Origin: Lama glama
Taxonomy: Eukaryota
NCBI GenBank assembly: GCA_028534125.1
Contig: CM052816.1
Span: forward strand, 44,642,001 to 44,706,000
Length of the DNA stretch: 64,000 nucleotides
Direction of reading: 5' to 3'
Both the position numbers and the translations under genes were made by a program. Positions 27,200-40,264 of this stretch are shown here, piece after piece. The stretch's first letter is position 1. The number at the start of each line of letters is the position of its first letter. The notes under the pieces were generated by a model. That model ran no database searches and was not told where the DNA came from. It saw only the letters and a list, made by a program, of their open reading frames with translations.

Positions 27200-28240
27200 T
27201 GCTACTCACTGAGATGGGACAGACTGCAGAAGGAGTAAGTATAACAGAGTTTCAGGATTTCTGTTTTGACACTTTGAATTTGAAGTGCCCTTTAGATATC
27301 AGTGTGGAGCCTTAGGGAAAAGGGGCCTGGGAAAGATGTATTTATATGAGAGTCATCAACAAGTAGATGGTATTTAAAGATAAAAGACTAGATGAGTTCA
27401 CTCAGGCAGTGAAAGCTGAATAAATAAGAAGAGGTCCTGTGATTTTATGCTCTCTGAAACCCACCAGGGAGACTACAGGAAGCAGCCCCTAGGCAGGACG
27501 ACCAAGAGGATGGTGTCTTGGAATCTAACTGGAGAAACTATTTCAAAAAAGGAGCGAGTGATCAATTATTTCAAAAATGTTACTGTAAAGTCAAGTTGAA
27601 AAGCAGTCATTACATTTCACAACATGGGGGTCACTATTGCCTATGACAACAGCTGTTGCAATGGATTGATAGGAGCAAAAGCCTGACTGAAATGGGTTCG
27701 ATAGGGTTTGGAAGGAGAATTCTTGATAATAAATACATAAACAATTGGGGGAAATGTACTCTAAAGGAAAGGGGTCGGTCACAGAAATAAGGATAAACTG
27801 TTATTGCATGACAAGCAAGGGAAGGTAGAACACAGACACATACGCAAATGCATTAATAGACATGGGAAGCTTTAGAAGTTCTCTTCTGATTCCTCCCTGC
27901 TTCTGTTTTCACTGTGAAACATGCAGTAAGGTCATCCAGAGTGTGAAAATACGGAGCTGGGATAAGAAGTTTAAGGAAAAAAAAAGAAAATGTGGGATAG
28001 TAGTCTAGGACAAAGGAAGAGTATGGGGAATGGAGTAGCACTAAGCAATGGAGACCAGTTCCCTTGCATCTATTTTCCTCTAGTCTCTTTCAGCTCTTCA
28101 TGCATACTCCTGGGGTGGGTAGAGAGTAATTTATAAAAAGAGCTGAGGATTTGCTAAGCCAAGAAAGATAAGCAACAGAGAAGATGCAAGGGTGTGATTA
28201 TAAAAATGGTCCACGTGATCTGAACCAGCGGAAGGAGAGG
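27200..28240 (-). mobile_element. L2 (L2a-like) fragment
   Basis: tcactgagatggga; gagagtcatcaacaagtagatggtatttaaag; ggagcaaaagcctgactgaaatgggttc; cttctgttttcactgtgaaac are typical reverse L2 motifs. Confidence 0.8.
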
Positions 28241-28564
28241 TGAAAATCATATGCATCTCATCCTACTGAAAGCACTTAAATTCCTTCATTTCTGCTTCCT
28301 TCATTTGTGCTTATAACAAACACAGTTCCTTTACTGCCATTTAAGTACTGTACTGTGTGTCCTGAGGAGTAAGTTCTTTCAAAACACAAATAGCCTGATC
28401 CCGACAGCAGCTCAGTCATAAGTAAGTGATCACTGACTAGTTACTACTTTTGTAAATAGTCAGTTGTTCTATCTGTTGTTTCTGGTCCACAGAGAAGAAC
28501 AAAAATTAGGTTGAGGGCTTACCTGTGCAGCAAAACATTTTCAGGAGATAAGAGAGAAGAGGAC

Positions 28565-28750
28565 AAATCATGAGCTTTGAAATCATGCGGACCTGGGTGT
28601 GAATTCTGGCCCCATTGCTCACATGGTTTCTGTCACCAAAGAAGGTAACTAGACTTCTCTGCACCTGAGTTTCCTCATCTTTCAAATGAAGATAACACCT
28701 ACCAGGCAGCTTTGCAGTGAATATTAAACAAGACAATATGCATTAGGTAA
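28565..28750 (+). mobile_element. MIR SINE
   Basis: gacctgggtgtgaattctggcccc...cttctctgcacctgagtttcctcatctttcaaatgaagataacacctacc. Confidence 0.85.
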
Positions 28751-28854
28751 TACCTTGTAGGCCAGTTTATTTTTTAAATGTAGATAGTTTTCTCCACTGA
28801 CAGTTGATATGCCTAAATTGTATTATCTGAAATGCTTGTTTCCCTGAAAATTGT

Positions 28855-29085
28855 GTCATAACGTGATTCTATGGTCAAATACATTTTAAAATGCTGTGTC
28901 AAACAAGAGTAAACAGTATTCTTGATTACAGAACTTCTGAGAGGGTTTGATACGTTAATAAGCCTTTGAAATTTGAGAGACGGTTATAACATGCAAAGTA
29001 TATGTATTTGACAAGACATTCCTTTTTTCCCAAATATTTAAATGGCCTACTATTTTACAAGATGTACTGTTGGGAGAAACTGTCT
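28855..29085. mobile_element. hAT-Charlie-type MITE relic
   Basis: ggtcaaatacattttaaaatgctgtgtcaaacaagagtaaacag...acttctgagagggtttgatacgttaat resembles Charlie4-class elements; subfamily uncertain. Confidence 0.55.
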
Positions 29086-32000
29086 TAGACATTTCTCTCC
29101 CTATATTTCCACCCTAAAAAGTCATTCATGAAAGCCAAGCTCTATATACTCTATTTGGCAGAGCTAATGGCATTTTCAAAGGCCATGCCACACTTTTGAA
29201 GATTTGGCATCGTTATTTTTCGGGGAAAAAAATTCTATAGCCTCTTGACTAATGAAATAAAAAAAAAATCTACTTTTAAGGATAGCCTTCTTACCTACCC
29301 CACCAGTCATCTGTATTTTAAGTTCAGTCAGCTTTTTCTTACTCAATATAACTTTGTAACAGTATGTGTTTTGTCACACCCATAAAATCTGAAAGTTGGA
29401 ATAGCAATCATTTCATGTCTTAATTTTTTGTAACTTTTTCAATGCGTTTCCACATAATATAATCTATTAAACTATTTTTGTTTGATAATAAATCTTGCTA
29501 AATTTTTATAATCAAATTATTCCATGTCTTACACAGAGAAAACAAGTTAGCTTAGCAACTACCTGGATATACAGTTGTTGGAGGAGATTTAAAAAAACAA
29601 AAAACCCAAGCAGGGAATAGTTATAGAACTATACAGGAAAAGGAATATAAGGAACTGCTTTTTTTTTAATCAAAATAATGTCATTCATTAAGCAAGCGCA
29701 TGACAAACTTTTATTTTTAAAAATTGGAATTCATTTTTCTTTTTCCTTTATTTCCTTCTAGAAATTACCTTATGATGTTAGTAAAGACCAGAAAGTTACT
29801 CTTCCTGTCTCTCCCTGATCTTTTATACAGTTAACCAAGAAGTGAACAAATAGCAAATAAAAGATCATCACTTTTTTACATAATCACTTTTTCCTAGAAT
29901 TGCACACACATCTCTGGTCTGCCTTAACCATGGAAAATTGACATTTCTCATATCCTTGGATTAGTATGACATTAACTGAAGCATCACATTCTGCTAGTAT
30001 CTCTTTCTCTTATTATTTTTATGTATTTTATGCTATTTTTAAAGTCATGCTGTTGAATATGTCATGACTGAATATGAGTGAATCCAAATATCAGATCTTT
30101 TGATATGAATACAAATGTCAGAAGGCAGGCAGGCCCTTGCTGGTTGAATTTCCTAACAGAGAACAAGTCCCATGTCCAACTAGAATGCCATCTCAACCAG
30201 GTGTCCTTATAAAAGTACAAGCATAATGGTCCAAGCATAATTTTAAACAAATTCAGAAAAATGTAAGTGTTTCAGGTTAACTTTGGGAAAAAAGTAAAAC
30301 TTCAAACCTCTAAATCTAGCATCAACCTAAATATAATATGAAAAAAATTTTAATTGTGTCTTTCTAGGTAATTTAACTATCAGTTTCAGATTGTTAGTGT
30401 TAGTGACTAGTTTCAATGGGATAACTTAAAGGTAAAATAACATTCATTCCTTCTTTTTTGTTGTTGGTTTATTCTTCTTACTGGGTAATGTGTATAGCCA
30501 GGTCATTTAGATTTCCAGTAATCCATTTCAAAAAGTGACCACAGGTGACAGCGAGCCTTTTGACAGTCATCTTTTTAAAATCTTGATCTGAACAGTTGTT
30601 AAAGGAAATCACTGAAAGCTAGGTGACCCCAGAGTCTGGGGCCCTTTGACACAACATATTTAGAGCATCAAACACAGGTGCATGCCAACCTGATCCTAAT
30701 TATTTTGGCTGCTAGAAAGAAAGATCGTTTTACTTCATTTTGGACTAACCTCCATTTTGCCATTCAACCCAAAATAATAATACTTAATGTGAGCTATGTA
30801 GAGACACAGTGCCTTTGTAGCATCCTGCGCTCTGAGCAATGTCAATCTATACTTCTTTTATTTGGGTGAATCACTTTCTCTTCGAGACTGTGGAAGAACA
30901 CCAGCAGCGGGAAGGATACTTAGCGGAGTCGCAGTCCATAAATAGCTCTGCTGAGAGCATTACAAAGGCTCTGTTGTGCTATCACACAGCAGAGCCAATA
31001 ATACACAATATGAAAAATCCCTGCCAAGTGCACAGAGAATACAGACAATGTTTGCCATTTCTCTGGTCGGCTGTTTGTTATGTGTTACAAGAGTTTATAG
31101 CCATAGAGTCAGAAAAGCCTACCACACCCCAAAGTCTTTCTATTACAACAGTAACAACAACAACATAACAATAAACACACACACACACACCCATAAAGAC
31201 ATCAGAACAGCATCGACAACAACAAAAAGATAGTGGGGAGCGGAATTGAAACACAAACATTTCTATAGAAACAGAAATGGCACTTTTTTTTTCACAAAGC
31301 GCCAAAGCCTTGTATAACCACTTCCTTGAAGATGTCTTCTGCTTTCTGAAAGCACATCAATTCACACATTTGTAAGATTTAGAATACCAGCAGTCTTAGG
31401 GAAAAATCACACCTTAAAAAAGCATGTGTGAACTGATTACCTTCTTTAAATGCTGAAACAAAGCTATTTATCCTCCATGAAAAGATATAATTTTATTTTC
31501 AGAGGACAGACTCTAAAATCAGCATCATTGATTTTTGTTTTCAAAATATGGCTCAGACACATAGCAAGAAAATAAGATACTTGAAAGCTACCCCTTAAGA
31601 TTCTCTTTGACTTTATCTGCTACATTTGAAGATTGCGGTTGTCAGATACACATTCTGGGCATTCTTGATTTTTGGTACTTTCGACAAGCGTTTTCAATTT
31701 TTTAAGAGAAAAATGTTCATGAAAGTTGTATTATCATATTTTTATTATAATGGCTTAAAATAACACTGCAGTCAGAAGTGTTAAAGCTTCTCTTGCCTTC
31801 TTGCCCAAATCTCTCCTTCGTCTCATTTACTGTGACTCTTCCCTCTTATTTCACCTTCAGTCCTCTGATCCCCTCTGTCCTCTTCCATTTCTGTCTTCCT
31901 TTTTTCCAGTTACTTCTAAAATCATTCAAACCCTTCTTTGGCTTTTATCTTTATTTTCCATATACTTACTTCTGAATTTCCCTCTCCTTTCTTGATTTCT

Positions 32001-32449
32001 GGCCCTACCAAACCTCTCTCTCTCAAAAGCATGAGGCCACAGTAAAATTTTTGGAAATAATACTTTATAAATTTTCTCAAGTTGTGGAGAACAAAATGTT
32101 CAAGGTGAACCATTCCAGTAGATGTAAATTTCCTTTAGTGGAATCCAATCATACTTCATATTCCAGTTCAAAATTCACCTCTACTATGAAATCTTTCTGT
32201 TCTTCCTTAGGAAAAAAAAAAATGTTTGCTAACCCATCTGCCCCCAAAGAACTGTATACACAATTTTATTTTAGAACTTGTCAGGTTCTATTATAGAAGG
32301 TGGTTCACATAGTCACCTGGACTAGTAAAGTGTTAACCACTTGACTGGAAGATATATGACTTATATATCTTTTTCTTTTCTGTACCCCAAATGAAATCCT
32401 AAATCCAGCAGGTTCTCAGTAAACAGTTTGAAGAAACACATATACCTCA

Positions 32450-32610
32450 ACTATTCTGAGTTTAAAGCCCTGCTTTCTGCACCTTAGGGAAGACACTTAA
32501 CCTCCACACACTCAGATTCCTATTTTGAAAATTACTTCCCTGGGTGGTGAAATAATGCATTTAAAGCATTTGGCACATAGTAATTGCTCAATTTGTGTTA
32601 GCTGTTTGTT
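32450..32610 (+). mobile_element. MIR SINE
   Basis: accttagggaagacacttaacctc...ataatgcatttaaagcatttggcacatagtaattgctcaat. Confidence 0.75.
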
Positions 32611-34327
32611 CCCTAGGAAGGGAGACCTGGCCTCATAAAAAATTGTTTTGGTGTGGTTATAATTTCTTTTAAAATAAAACTGCAAGAGTTTTCCCAAACA
32701 CTTTTTATGGCCAACATCAGCCTGCAAATGTGCTGCGGGATGTCTCATTAAATGATATCTAGATCCCTTAAAGGTGACGTTGAGGACTTGAAACTTTTCT
32801 GTAATGTGCATCACTAGGGAGTAGGAACTCCAGATGGTTCACGGCAGAGCCAGCTGTCCAGGGAGCACTGTTTGATGAGAGCTATGGCCCAGAGAGAACA
32901 GTGAAAAGGTAAGAGTCCGTCTGAAAGTCTGGCGCAGAGGCCCAGAGTAAGCCTGCAGGCACATCAGATATGAGATCCATCATTCGATCTACTCATGAGT
33001 CATTTATTATTAACCCATTCAGTGTCTTACAGCATTGTAAATCCTGCTACATTAAAGAACAAACTAGCTAACACTCCTTGATATATAATCACTTTCTTCT
33101 GGAGATAATTTATTTTCTTTTTAGTACTCTCAAAGAAAAAAAGTCACAATCTAAACTATCCCAAGAACGTGATAGAGATTCCTGGTATTCCACTTGAAAT
33201 AAATATATCTATACAACAAATGACACATTGTTCCCAAACTCTGCTGTACGTACTATGGGTAGAGATGAGAGAAAACTTCAGTTTTTTGTGTCTCTGGCAA
33301 TCAAAAAATTTCACTTTCACTTCCTGCCTCACACATCCAAATGCCTTTTCCAAACTCCTCAAATTTTCCTAAATTCTCAGTTTCTGAAACTACTCAAAAG
33401 AAAAGAACCTAGGTTGTTTCCTCCCTTCACTTGCCTTAAATATATGGATATTGGTTTAGATATGACCCAAATCTATTCTTTTCTATTCAGCTTCATCTAT
33501 TTCTCTACTCTGTATTTGTATCATTATGTTTTTGCCCCCAAAGATACTGCTTTGCACATGTATCAATAGAAACTCATCCTGATTTGTTTTGTGAAATCAT
33601 TTTCCTATTTCCTCAAGGTCATTTTTATTTTCACTGTTACTTCTCTCAACCAGTCAGCCCTTACGACAGCTCTGATGTATGTAGTTACCAATACATCTAG
33701 GAAACAAAAAAAAAGCTTGACTCCCTTCCCTCTTTCTGTGATGCACCTACACTTCCAGGAGTATCAGGTGTTACACTTCTTTTCCTTCCAGGTCTCTACA
33801 TGGGTTTGGTTTTTTTCCTGGCTTTACCTTCCTCCTTATCCAGTCTAGAATTCTTTGTCAATGACTCAAGCCTACCTCTTGCTAGCATCTCAAGACCTCT
33901 GGGCTCATATTTCCTCTGTTCCTACCTTCCAAATATTTAGCCCTGGACAAGCCCAGTCAACCACTCTCTTCATTTCTACATCAGTACTGAGCAGTGCCAG
34001 AGAAAAATCACAAAAATATGTCTTTTGGTACTTTTACAAATATACGGCTTCTGACTTTCACAATGCTCTCTAGGTTGATAAGTAATTTTAAATACCTTTT
34101 ATTAATACTCTTTTCCATTTCTAGAGTATTTGTCCAAAGTTTCATTATTCTTTTGAAACTAGTATTAAAACTTTTCCCCATTTACTTCCAGACAATATTT
34201 GCCTCTTATTTTACAAATTAAAGAAATACTACATACAATTGATTTCTTTATTACTTTTCCTTTCAAGGAGGTTTTCTCACTCATCTTCCATTGAAAAAGA
34301 AAGAAAAAAGTAAGATTAAAATGTTAT

Positions 34328-34351
34328 TTATATATATATATATATATATAT
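34328..34351. repeat. (TA)n microsatellite
   Basis: TA run. Confidence 0.9.
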
Positions 34352-34404
34352 TTCTTGCTTGTGCAGTCTTTACTTCACACCTTTTTCTTTTTTATTTCTT
34401 GTTT

Positions 34405-35590
34405 CTTTTAGAGTCAATCTTCTAAAGGAATAATATAAATCCACTGTTCAATTTCCATAATTCCCAGTCACCTCTTAACCACCACCATTTGATTCCTAGT
34501 CACTAAATTTGCCTTTGTTAAGAGCAGTAATCACCTCCATAGTCATTAAAGCCAAAGGTCACATTTAAGTCCTCATTTTTTTTTTTTATTTCAACAATGC
34601 CTTTGGCACTACTGACCATTTCCATACCTTTGAAAGTGTTTCCTCCCTTTGATATTGCAACATTCTTTTGTTTCTCTTACTTTCTGACAACACTACTTTT
34701 GGAGCTCTGCTTTATCTGTAAGTCTCCTGAATTTTGACATTCCTCCTGTGTTCCCTTCTCAGTTCATTCTAGTCTCACATGACCATTCTCTGTGTAATCT
34801 CATTCCTATTCCCAACAACTTCAAATAATCTGCATCTCGTGACAGATCCCATTACAGAGCTACAAATGTGTTATTCACTTCCCATTATGCATTTTTATCC
34901 ATACATCCTGTTAACCTTCAGTTAAAGGTGCTCAAGTTACAAAGCCTCTTTTACATTTTCTCTCTCCATACATTCTATCAAAATGGTACTCCCCTTAAAC
35001 TAGTTGTCCGAATCAGAAACCTGCTTCTCCCTTCCTTTCATTCTCCAGCCAATTAGTTACCTAAACCAACTTGTAAATTCCTTCTGTGTTCTCAATTCTG
35101 ACAAGAACCACCTTAACCATTTTCACTTGATTTCTTGCTTTCATTAAAGCCATACCATTCTGACTCCAATCTCTTTCAAAATGCACCTCGAGTGATCTTT
35201 CTAGAACCTCTATGGTTCCTACGATCTACAGGATAAAGCCCATACTCTTAACCATGCTTTTCAAAAGCCCCGCCTTTCTGATCATATTTCCCCGTACCCG
35301 TCTGCATCTTTCTCATCTTGCCTTCCTAGACATCTCAGTGCACTCATCATGCCTTCTGCTGGGCACCTGCCTCTCTCCTGCTGGAATGTCCTTCTTTTTC
35401 TCCCAAATTCTTGAACAACACTCAAGATACAGCTGAAATCTCCCCCTCAGACACTACTTGTTAGAGGATTGCTGACTTGCTTTGTCCAGCACAAGATTAC
35501 GAGCTTCTTGACTAGAAGGAGTGTGCCTGTTCCATTTGGTATGGAACTTGGTTTTCTGTAGCTGCTTAATAGATGCACACCAGTAAATAA
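34405..35590 (+). mobile_element. L2 fragment
   Basis: taatcacctccat...gtcctcatttt...ggcactactgaccat; ctacaggataaagcccatactcttaaccatg; ctgctggaatgtccttc; 3'-end gcttaatagatgc. Confidence 0.75.
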
Positions 35591-36422
35591 TATTCTCTTC
35601 TCTCAGCATAATCTAATTTCTCTCCTTGGTTTAAGCAGACTATTAAAATCTCCAGCTCACCTCTAAGGAGTTTCTTAATTCTTTTAGTCATGAGCATTAT
35701 GCCTAGCTTGCTACTGGCAATGTTAAACTTTTTCCTTTAAAAACAATCGTGAAGGTTAGTTCACAAACTCTTTTGAGTCAAGCTGAAGTCTATCAGTGCA
35801 AAAATAAATTAACGATGACAGTAGAGGTATATCTTGGGCTAAAGCTATTGAAAACATATACCATTCTTTAGAACAGCTCACTTATAATCTGATATTGGCA
35901 ACATCCTAAATGTTCACATCATGAATAATGTGCTCAGTAGAAAGTTCGTAATTGACCTGCAAACTTAATTAGAAGTACTTTTTGAAATTAAGGGCTTTTA
36001 TGTCAAAGGAAGAACTTAGTGAGACTGTATCTTTTCAAATATTTTCTCTTCCCACTAAGAAAGGTGCCAGTGACAATGAAAACCCAATTAATTAAAAAAA
36101 AACCTCTTTTTATCCTTAACTTTTAGTATTATAACCACATTTTATTAGACTACTCACAGATCTAAAACTTTTTTTTTTTCTCACGGAATTTACAGGAAAA
36201 AATGTAAAATACGTGACTTGATCTCTGGCATTCTCCTAAGCCCCTATTTCAGTGTCTCTCCCCTCCCCCCCTCTCTCACAATGCCCCCTCCCTATGCACC
36301 AAGACAGGATCCCCCACCTTTCCAGGCACCCAGATCGTTTTCTGAAGTTAGTAGAGTGATAGAATAATAAAGGATTGAGGTTACACTCCCTCATGATAAC
36401 TTTTGTTTGAATATAACACTCT

Positions 36423-36537
36423 GGAGGAGGGTGTAGCTCAGTGGTAAAGTGTGTGCTTAGCACGCATGAGGTCCTGGGTTCAATCCCCACTCCATTAAAA
36501 CATAAATGAATAAATAAACCTAATTACCTCCCCCCCA

Positions 36538-36576
<39 letters not shown>

Positions 36577-36582
36577 GAAAAT
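36423..36582 (+). mobile_element. Camelid tRNA-Ala-derived SINE (vic-1-like) with (CA)n tail
   Basis: head ggaggagggtgtagctcagtggtaaag (A box), ttAGCac anticodon loop, ggttcaatccc (B box); body aataaacctaattacctccccc then (CA)n; possible degenerate TSD gaatataacactct/gaaaacagcactat. Confidence 0.9.
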
Positions 36583-37017
36583 GAAAACAGCACTATGAAA
36601 GATGAAAAAATTTTCAGGAGCCAAAGGAATTATACTCAAATGTGCATTTTAGACTCAGACTAGCAATTGGTGGAAATATTTTTGTTTGGGGGAATGGGGT
36701 GAGAAGAGAAAACTATTTAATGCTGCCTAAATTATAACAACTATTCATAAGACCAGATGTATTGTTAATTTCCTGGAAAACATATCAGAACTGGTTTGAA
36801 GATAGGCCTTAAGCTTGCTTTTTAAAAACTAGTTTGATTTTTTTTCAACATCAAGGAAATCAGGCTTAAGTGGTACACAGTTGAGCACAGAAAATATCAT
36901 TCAGGAAACAACCAACAGACAAATACAACTTATGGGGTGAAAAACAAAGCATATGGCAACATAACACAGTAATTTTAAAGAACTTTAGAAAGAAAACCAG
37001 AAAAGGAAGGTACTTAT

Positions 37018-37392
37018 GAAAGAGAAAGTAAAATAGCATATGATATCACTTACATGTGGAATCTTAAAAAAAAAAAAAGGAGGAGGAGGATACAAACTAA
37101 CTTATTTACAAAACACAGACAGACTCACAGACATAAAAAACAAACTTACGGTTATGGGAGTTTGGGATTTGTAGATACTAACTACTGTATATAAAATACA
37201 TAAACAACAAGGTCCTACTGTATAGCACAGGGAACTATATTCAGTACCTTGTAATGGCCTGTACTGAAAAAGAATATGAAAAGAAATATATATAAAAATG
37301 AATCACTATGTTGTACACCAGAAATTAACACATTGTAAGTAGATTATATTGCAAAAAAATTAATTTAAAAAAAAATCAGAAAAAAAAAAAAA
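37018..37392 (+). mobile_element. Cetartiodactyl-type L1 3' end with A tail
   Basis: atatgatatcacttacatgtggaatct...ggtcctactgtatagcacagggaactatattcag...poly(A); lacks about 30 nt of G-rich sequence present in the 9.4-kb copy. Confidence 0.9.
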
Positions 37393-38089
37393 GAATACTT
37401 GGTCTCCAAGAAGTGTTAACTGGTGTTTGCATGAGCACATGCTTGGTGTGAGGGGTAGGGGCTGGAGGAACTGAGTAGCTTTTGGAAACTTTTATACAAC
37501 TTATTTTAAGCCATAAACCACATTTACTCACTGCTTCTTCAATTCACAAGGAAAAAAAAATGCAAAGATGGATAACATTTAAAGCAAGATAAATGGTAAA
37601 GGGGCAGTATCTTGAATCTATCATCAACTAGTTCCTATGCTTGTAAACCAGATTTTGGAGTAGGAGTATAATTATTAGAAGATTTTTATGTTTGTCTTCA
37701 TTGAGCTGAGGATCAATAGCATATAAGCTGAAGGGAGATTTTTCCCAGAGTTATAGAGTTTTAGTAAATATCAATTTGCTAAGCCCTAGTGGAAATTTGA
37801 ATTGCTATTTACAGACATGGAATACAAAAAGAAAAAAAAATGCTTCTCTTCAAAAGTGTATTTCAGTGTTGGACACTTGATAATAAATTTCAGGTTGATT
37901 CAAAAGTATTTAAATAATAAATATATCTTTAAACTCTGGCCTCATGAAATAGTTTTTAAGGTATATCTGTATCCCATTAATCATTGAAACTCCAATCTCC
38001 AGAAAAATGTCTAACCCCAATCTCCAGGTACTCAGTAAATATTTCCTAAATAAATGGTGGAAGTCATAAATTGCATTGATTCGGGCTGC

Positions 38090-38345
38090 TAATCATAATA
38101 AGGTTTAAGTGCTTATTGAGTGCTTTCTATGTACCAGGCATTGGAACTAGCACACAGAACAAGGGTTTTCTATGTAGTATCTCTTCTAATCCTCCTGGCA
38201 ACACTCTAAAGTAAGTGGAATTGTGATCCTCAGTTTAAATATAAGGCAAATGAAGTACTGAGAGATGAAGTAGCTTCCCAAATAGTGAATGATGGTGTCA
38301 CTCAGGCAGAGGGACTTCAGAATCTTTGCATCTTCTACTGTATTT
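38090..38345 (-). mobile_element. MIR SINE
   Basis: gcttattgagtgctttctatgtaccaggcattg...taatcctcctggcaacactct...gatgaagtagcttccca. Confidence 0.8.
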
Positions 38346-38351
38346 GTTGAT

Positions 38352-38925
38352 GCTCATTCATTTAATAAGCATTTATTGAGTGGCTTTTGAGTGCTAAGCA
38401 CTGTTAGAGCGCCAGGTATTCATGTTGTGATTAACCTTACTATACGGGGGAGAGGCAGGGGGAAGAGACAGAAACTAAACTGATAAAGAAGAGATAAAAA
38501 GAAAATTAAAGTAGAGCAAAGGGGACAAAGTATGACAGTTCACACTTTGCTACTTTAGATAGGAGTCAAGTAAAGCCATTCTCTTAAGGTGATACTTGAG
38601 CTGAAACACAAAGGAGGAAGCCAGCTATGCAAGTATGTGGGCCCAGGGCACTCACGGTAGGGCAGGGCCTCTTCAGAGAATCTCAGAATCCCGAGGTGGC
38701 CAGTGTGGGCAGAGCAGATGAGAAAGTGCAAAGAGAGAAGGCAGTGAGGACGTAGGCATGCTGGGAAGAGGCAGAGGACCGCATAGGCCATGAAATAGGC
38801 TTTCAGTTTTGTTCTGAGTGTTTTAGGAGCCCACTTGAGGGCTATGAGAAGAGAAGTGATTTTAAAAATAAACACACAGACATATATTTTGTTATTATGC
38901 AGACAACAGATTGCCCAGGATCGAT
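38352..38925 (-). mobile_element. L2 3' region
   Basis: ctcattcatttaataagcatttattgagtg...aggtgatacttgagctga...gaggtggccagtgtgggcagagcag...ggagcccacttgaggg. Confidence 0.8.
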
Positions 38926-39409
38926 TATCTAGAAATGGGAGAAATATGAGTTTAGAAATGTTACAAAAATTAAATATTTTACTTCTGTAACTTAGTGCCT
39001 CTTAGGTCTAATGTGTTGAGCTGAGAAAATCTGCCTATAAGGAGAAAAGGAATGAATCACACCACGTCACTGCCATTTGCATCTGTATATGGCCCTCTTT
39101 TTCAGGCAATACACACTCTCTGAACCATTTCTTTTCTTATTATTTTATTCATCTCCATATGCTCATAACTTACAGATCAATAATTCCAACCCACACTGCT
39201 CTCCTCAGTTTCAGATCCACATGTGAAAGCATGCTACTGCCCTTATTTTTGACTATCCCAGTCAAGAGAACTTTGAACATCACATATCCAAAATTAAACT
39301 CTTCATCTTCTACTATCAACTCTATTCTCTCTTAAATTTCCTTTATTACTAAATGATATCACCATCCACTTACGCAAAGTCACAGGCCTGCGTCTGCTTA
39401 TCCTCTTGT

Positions 39410-40220
39410 TCAGGAATATTTATTAAGATCCTACCATATATCAGAAATAATATTGACCCAGGATGCAGGTGTGAACAAACAACTGTGGAGTCAACATATG
39501 AATCTCTGAGTCTAGTGGAGATGTGGTCAAGAAACAAGTAACACAAATGACTAGATATACAAGAAAAGCACAGAGTGCAAAAAGATTATATAATTTGGAC
39601 TGAGAAGTTGGGAAGATCTCCCAAGGTGATTGCCACTGAATCTGAAACATGAAGTGATAAATGAGTGTTAGTGATAAGGTCAGTGAGGACTGGGTGAGAG
39701 TGGAGAAGAGAAAGAGATAGGGGTTGAGGGAAGAGAGAGAGAGAGGTAGTGTCAGAGAGGGGAGGGAAAAGAGAAAGAGAAAGAAAGAGATAAAGGCAAA
39801 GTTAGTTTACAGAGGGGAGGGCAGAGAATGTATTTTAGATTTTAGGCAGAAGGAGCCATTTACACAAAAGTCCTAGCAAGATAGTGGATAATGAAAAGAG
39901 AAGAAAGTTCAAGATGGTGCTCTGAAGAACACTAGCTATTAGAGACTGGTTTGAAAAAATAAAGAGCAGAAAAGAAGCAGGCGGAGACTGAGGAAAAGGA
40001 AAGGAAATGTAGAGTAGAAAAGCTAGTGTAGAAAAAATCAGAAGAGTATGATGTCCAGCAAAAAAAAAAAAAGGAGTTTTTAAATTCAACTAAGAAATCA
40101 AAAATCAAGTGAAATGAAAACTGAAAATTACCCACTGATTTGTCAACATGGAGAACAGTAAAGACCTTAATAAGAGCAATTTTATGGTATGAAGTTAGAA
40201 GCAACTATAATTGGCTGTTT
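39410..40220 (-). mobile_element. L2 fragment with internal GA-rich tract
   Basis: gaatatttattaagatccta...gagtctagtggaga; ccactgatttgtcaacatggag...gaccttaataagagcaattt; continues after the L1ME at about 41150. Confidence 0.65.
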
Positions 40221-40264
40221 CGGAGACAGACCAGAACTCCTAGCAGTCTAAGTAATAAGAATAA

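Noticed and set aside
28515..28700. MIR exonisation using minus-strand donor CAG|gtaagc near 28523
   Set aside because: The usual MIR acceptor is degraded (catttgaaag) and there is no other support
30839..31168. 109-aa plus-strand ORF as a protein
   Set aside because: No recognisable domain, runs into a (CAA)n/(CA)n simple repeat, and has a weak acceptor and no clear donor
33156..33569. Cluster of overlapping ORFs including the longest (113 aa)
   Set aside because: Low-complexity F/L/Y-rich translation typical of AT-rich non-coding DNA
36423..36495. tRNA-Ala(AGC) gene
   Set aside because: Acceptor stem is broken, it is followed by a SINE body and (CA)n tail, and similar copies occur at 60.0-60.2 kb; it is a SINE head
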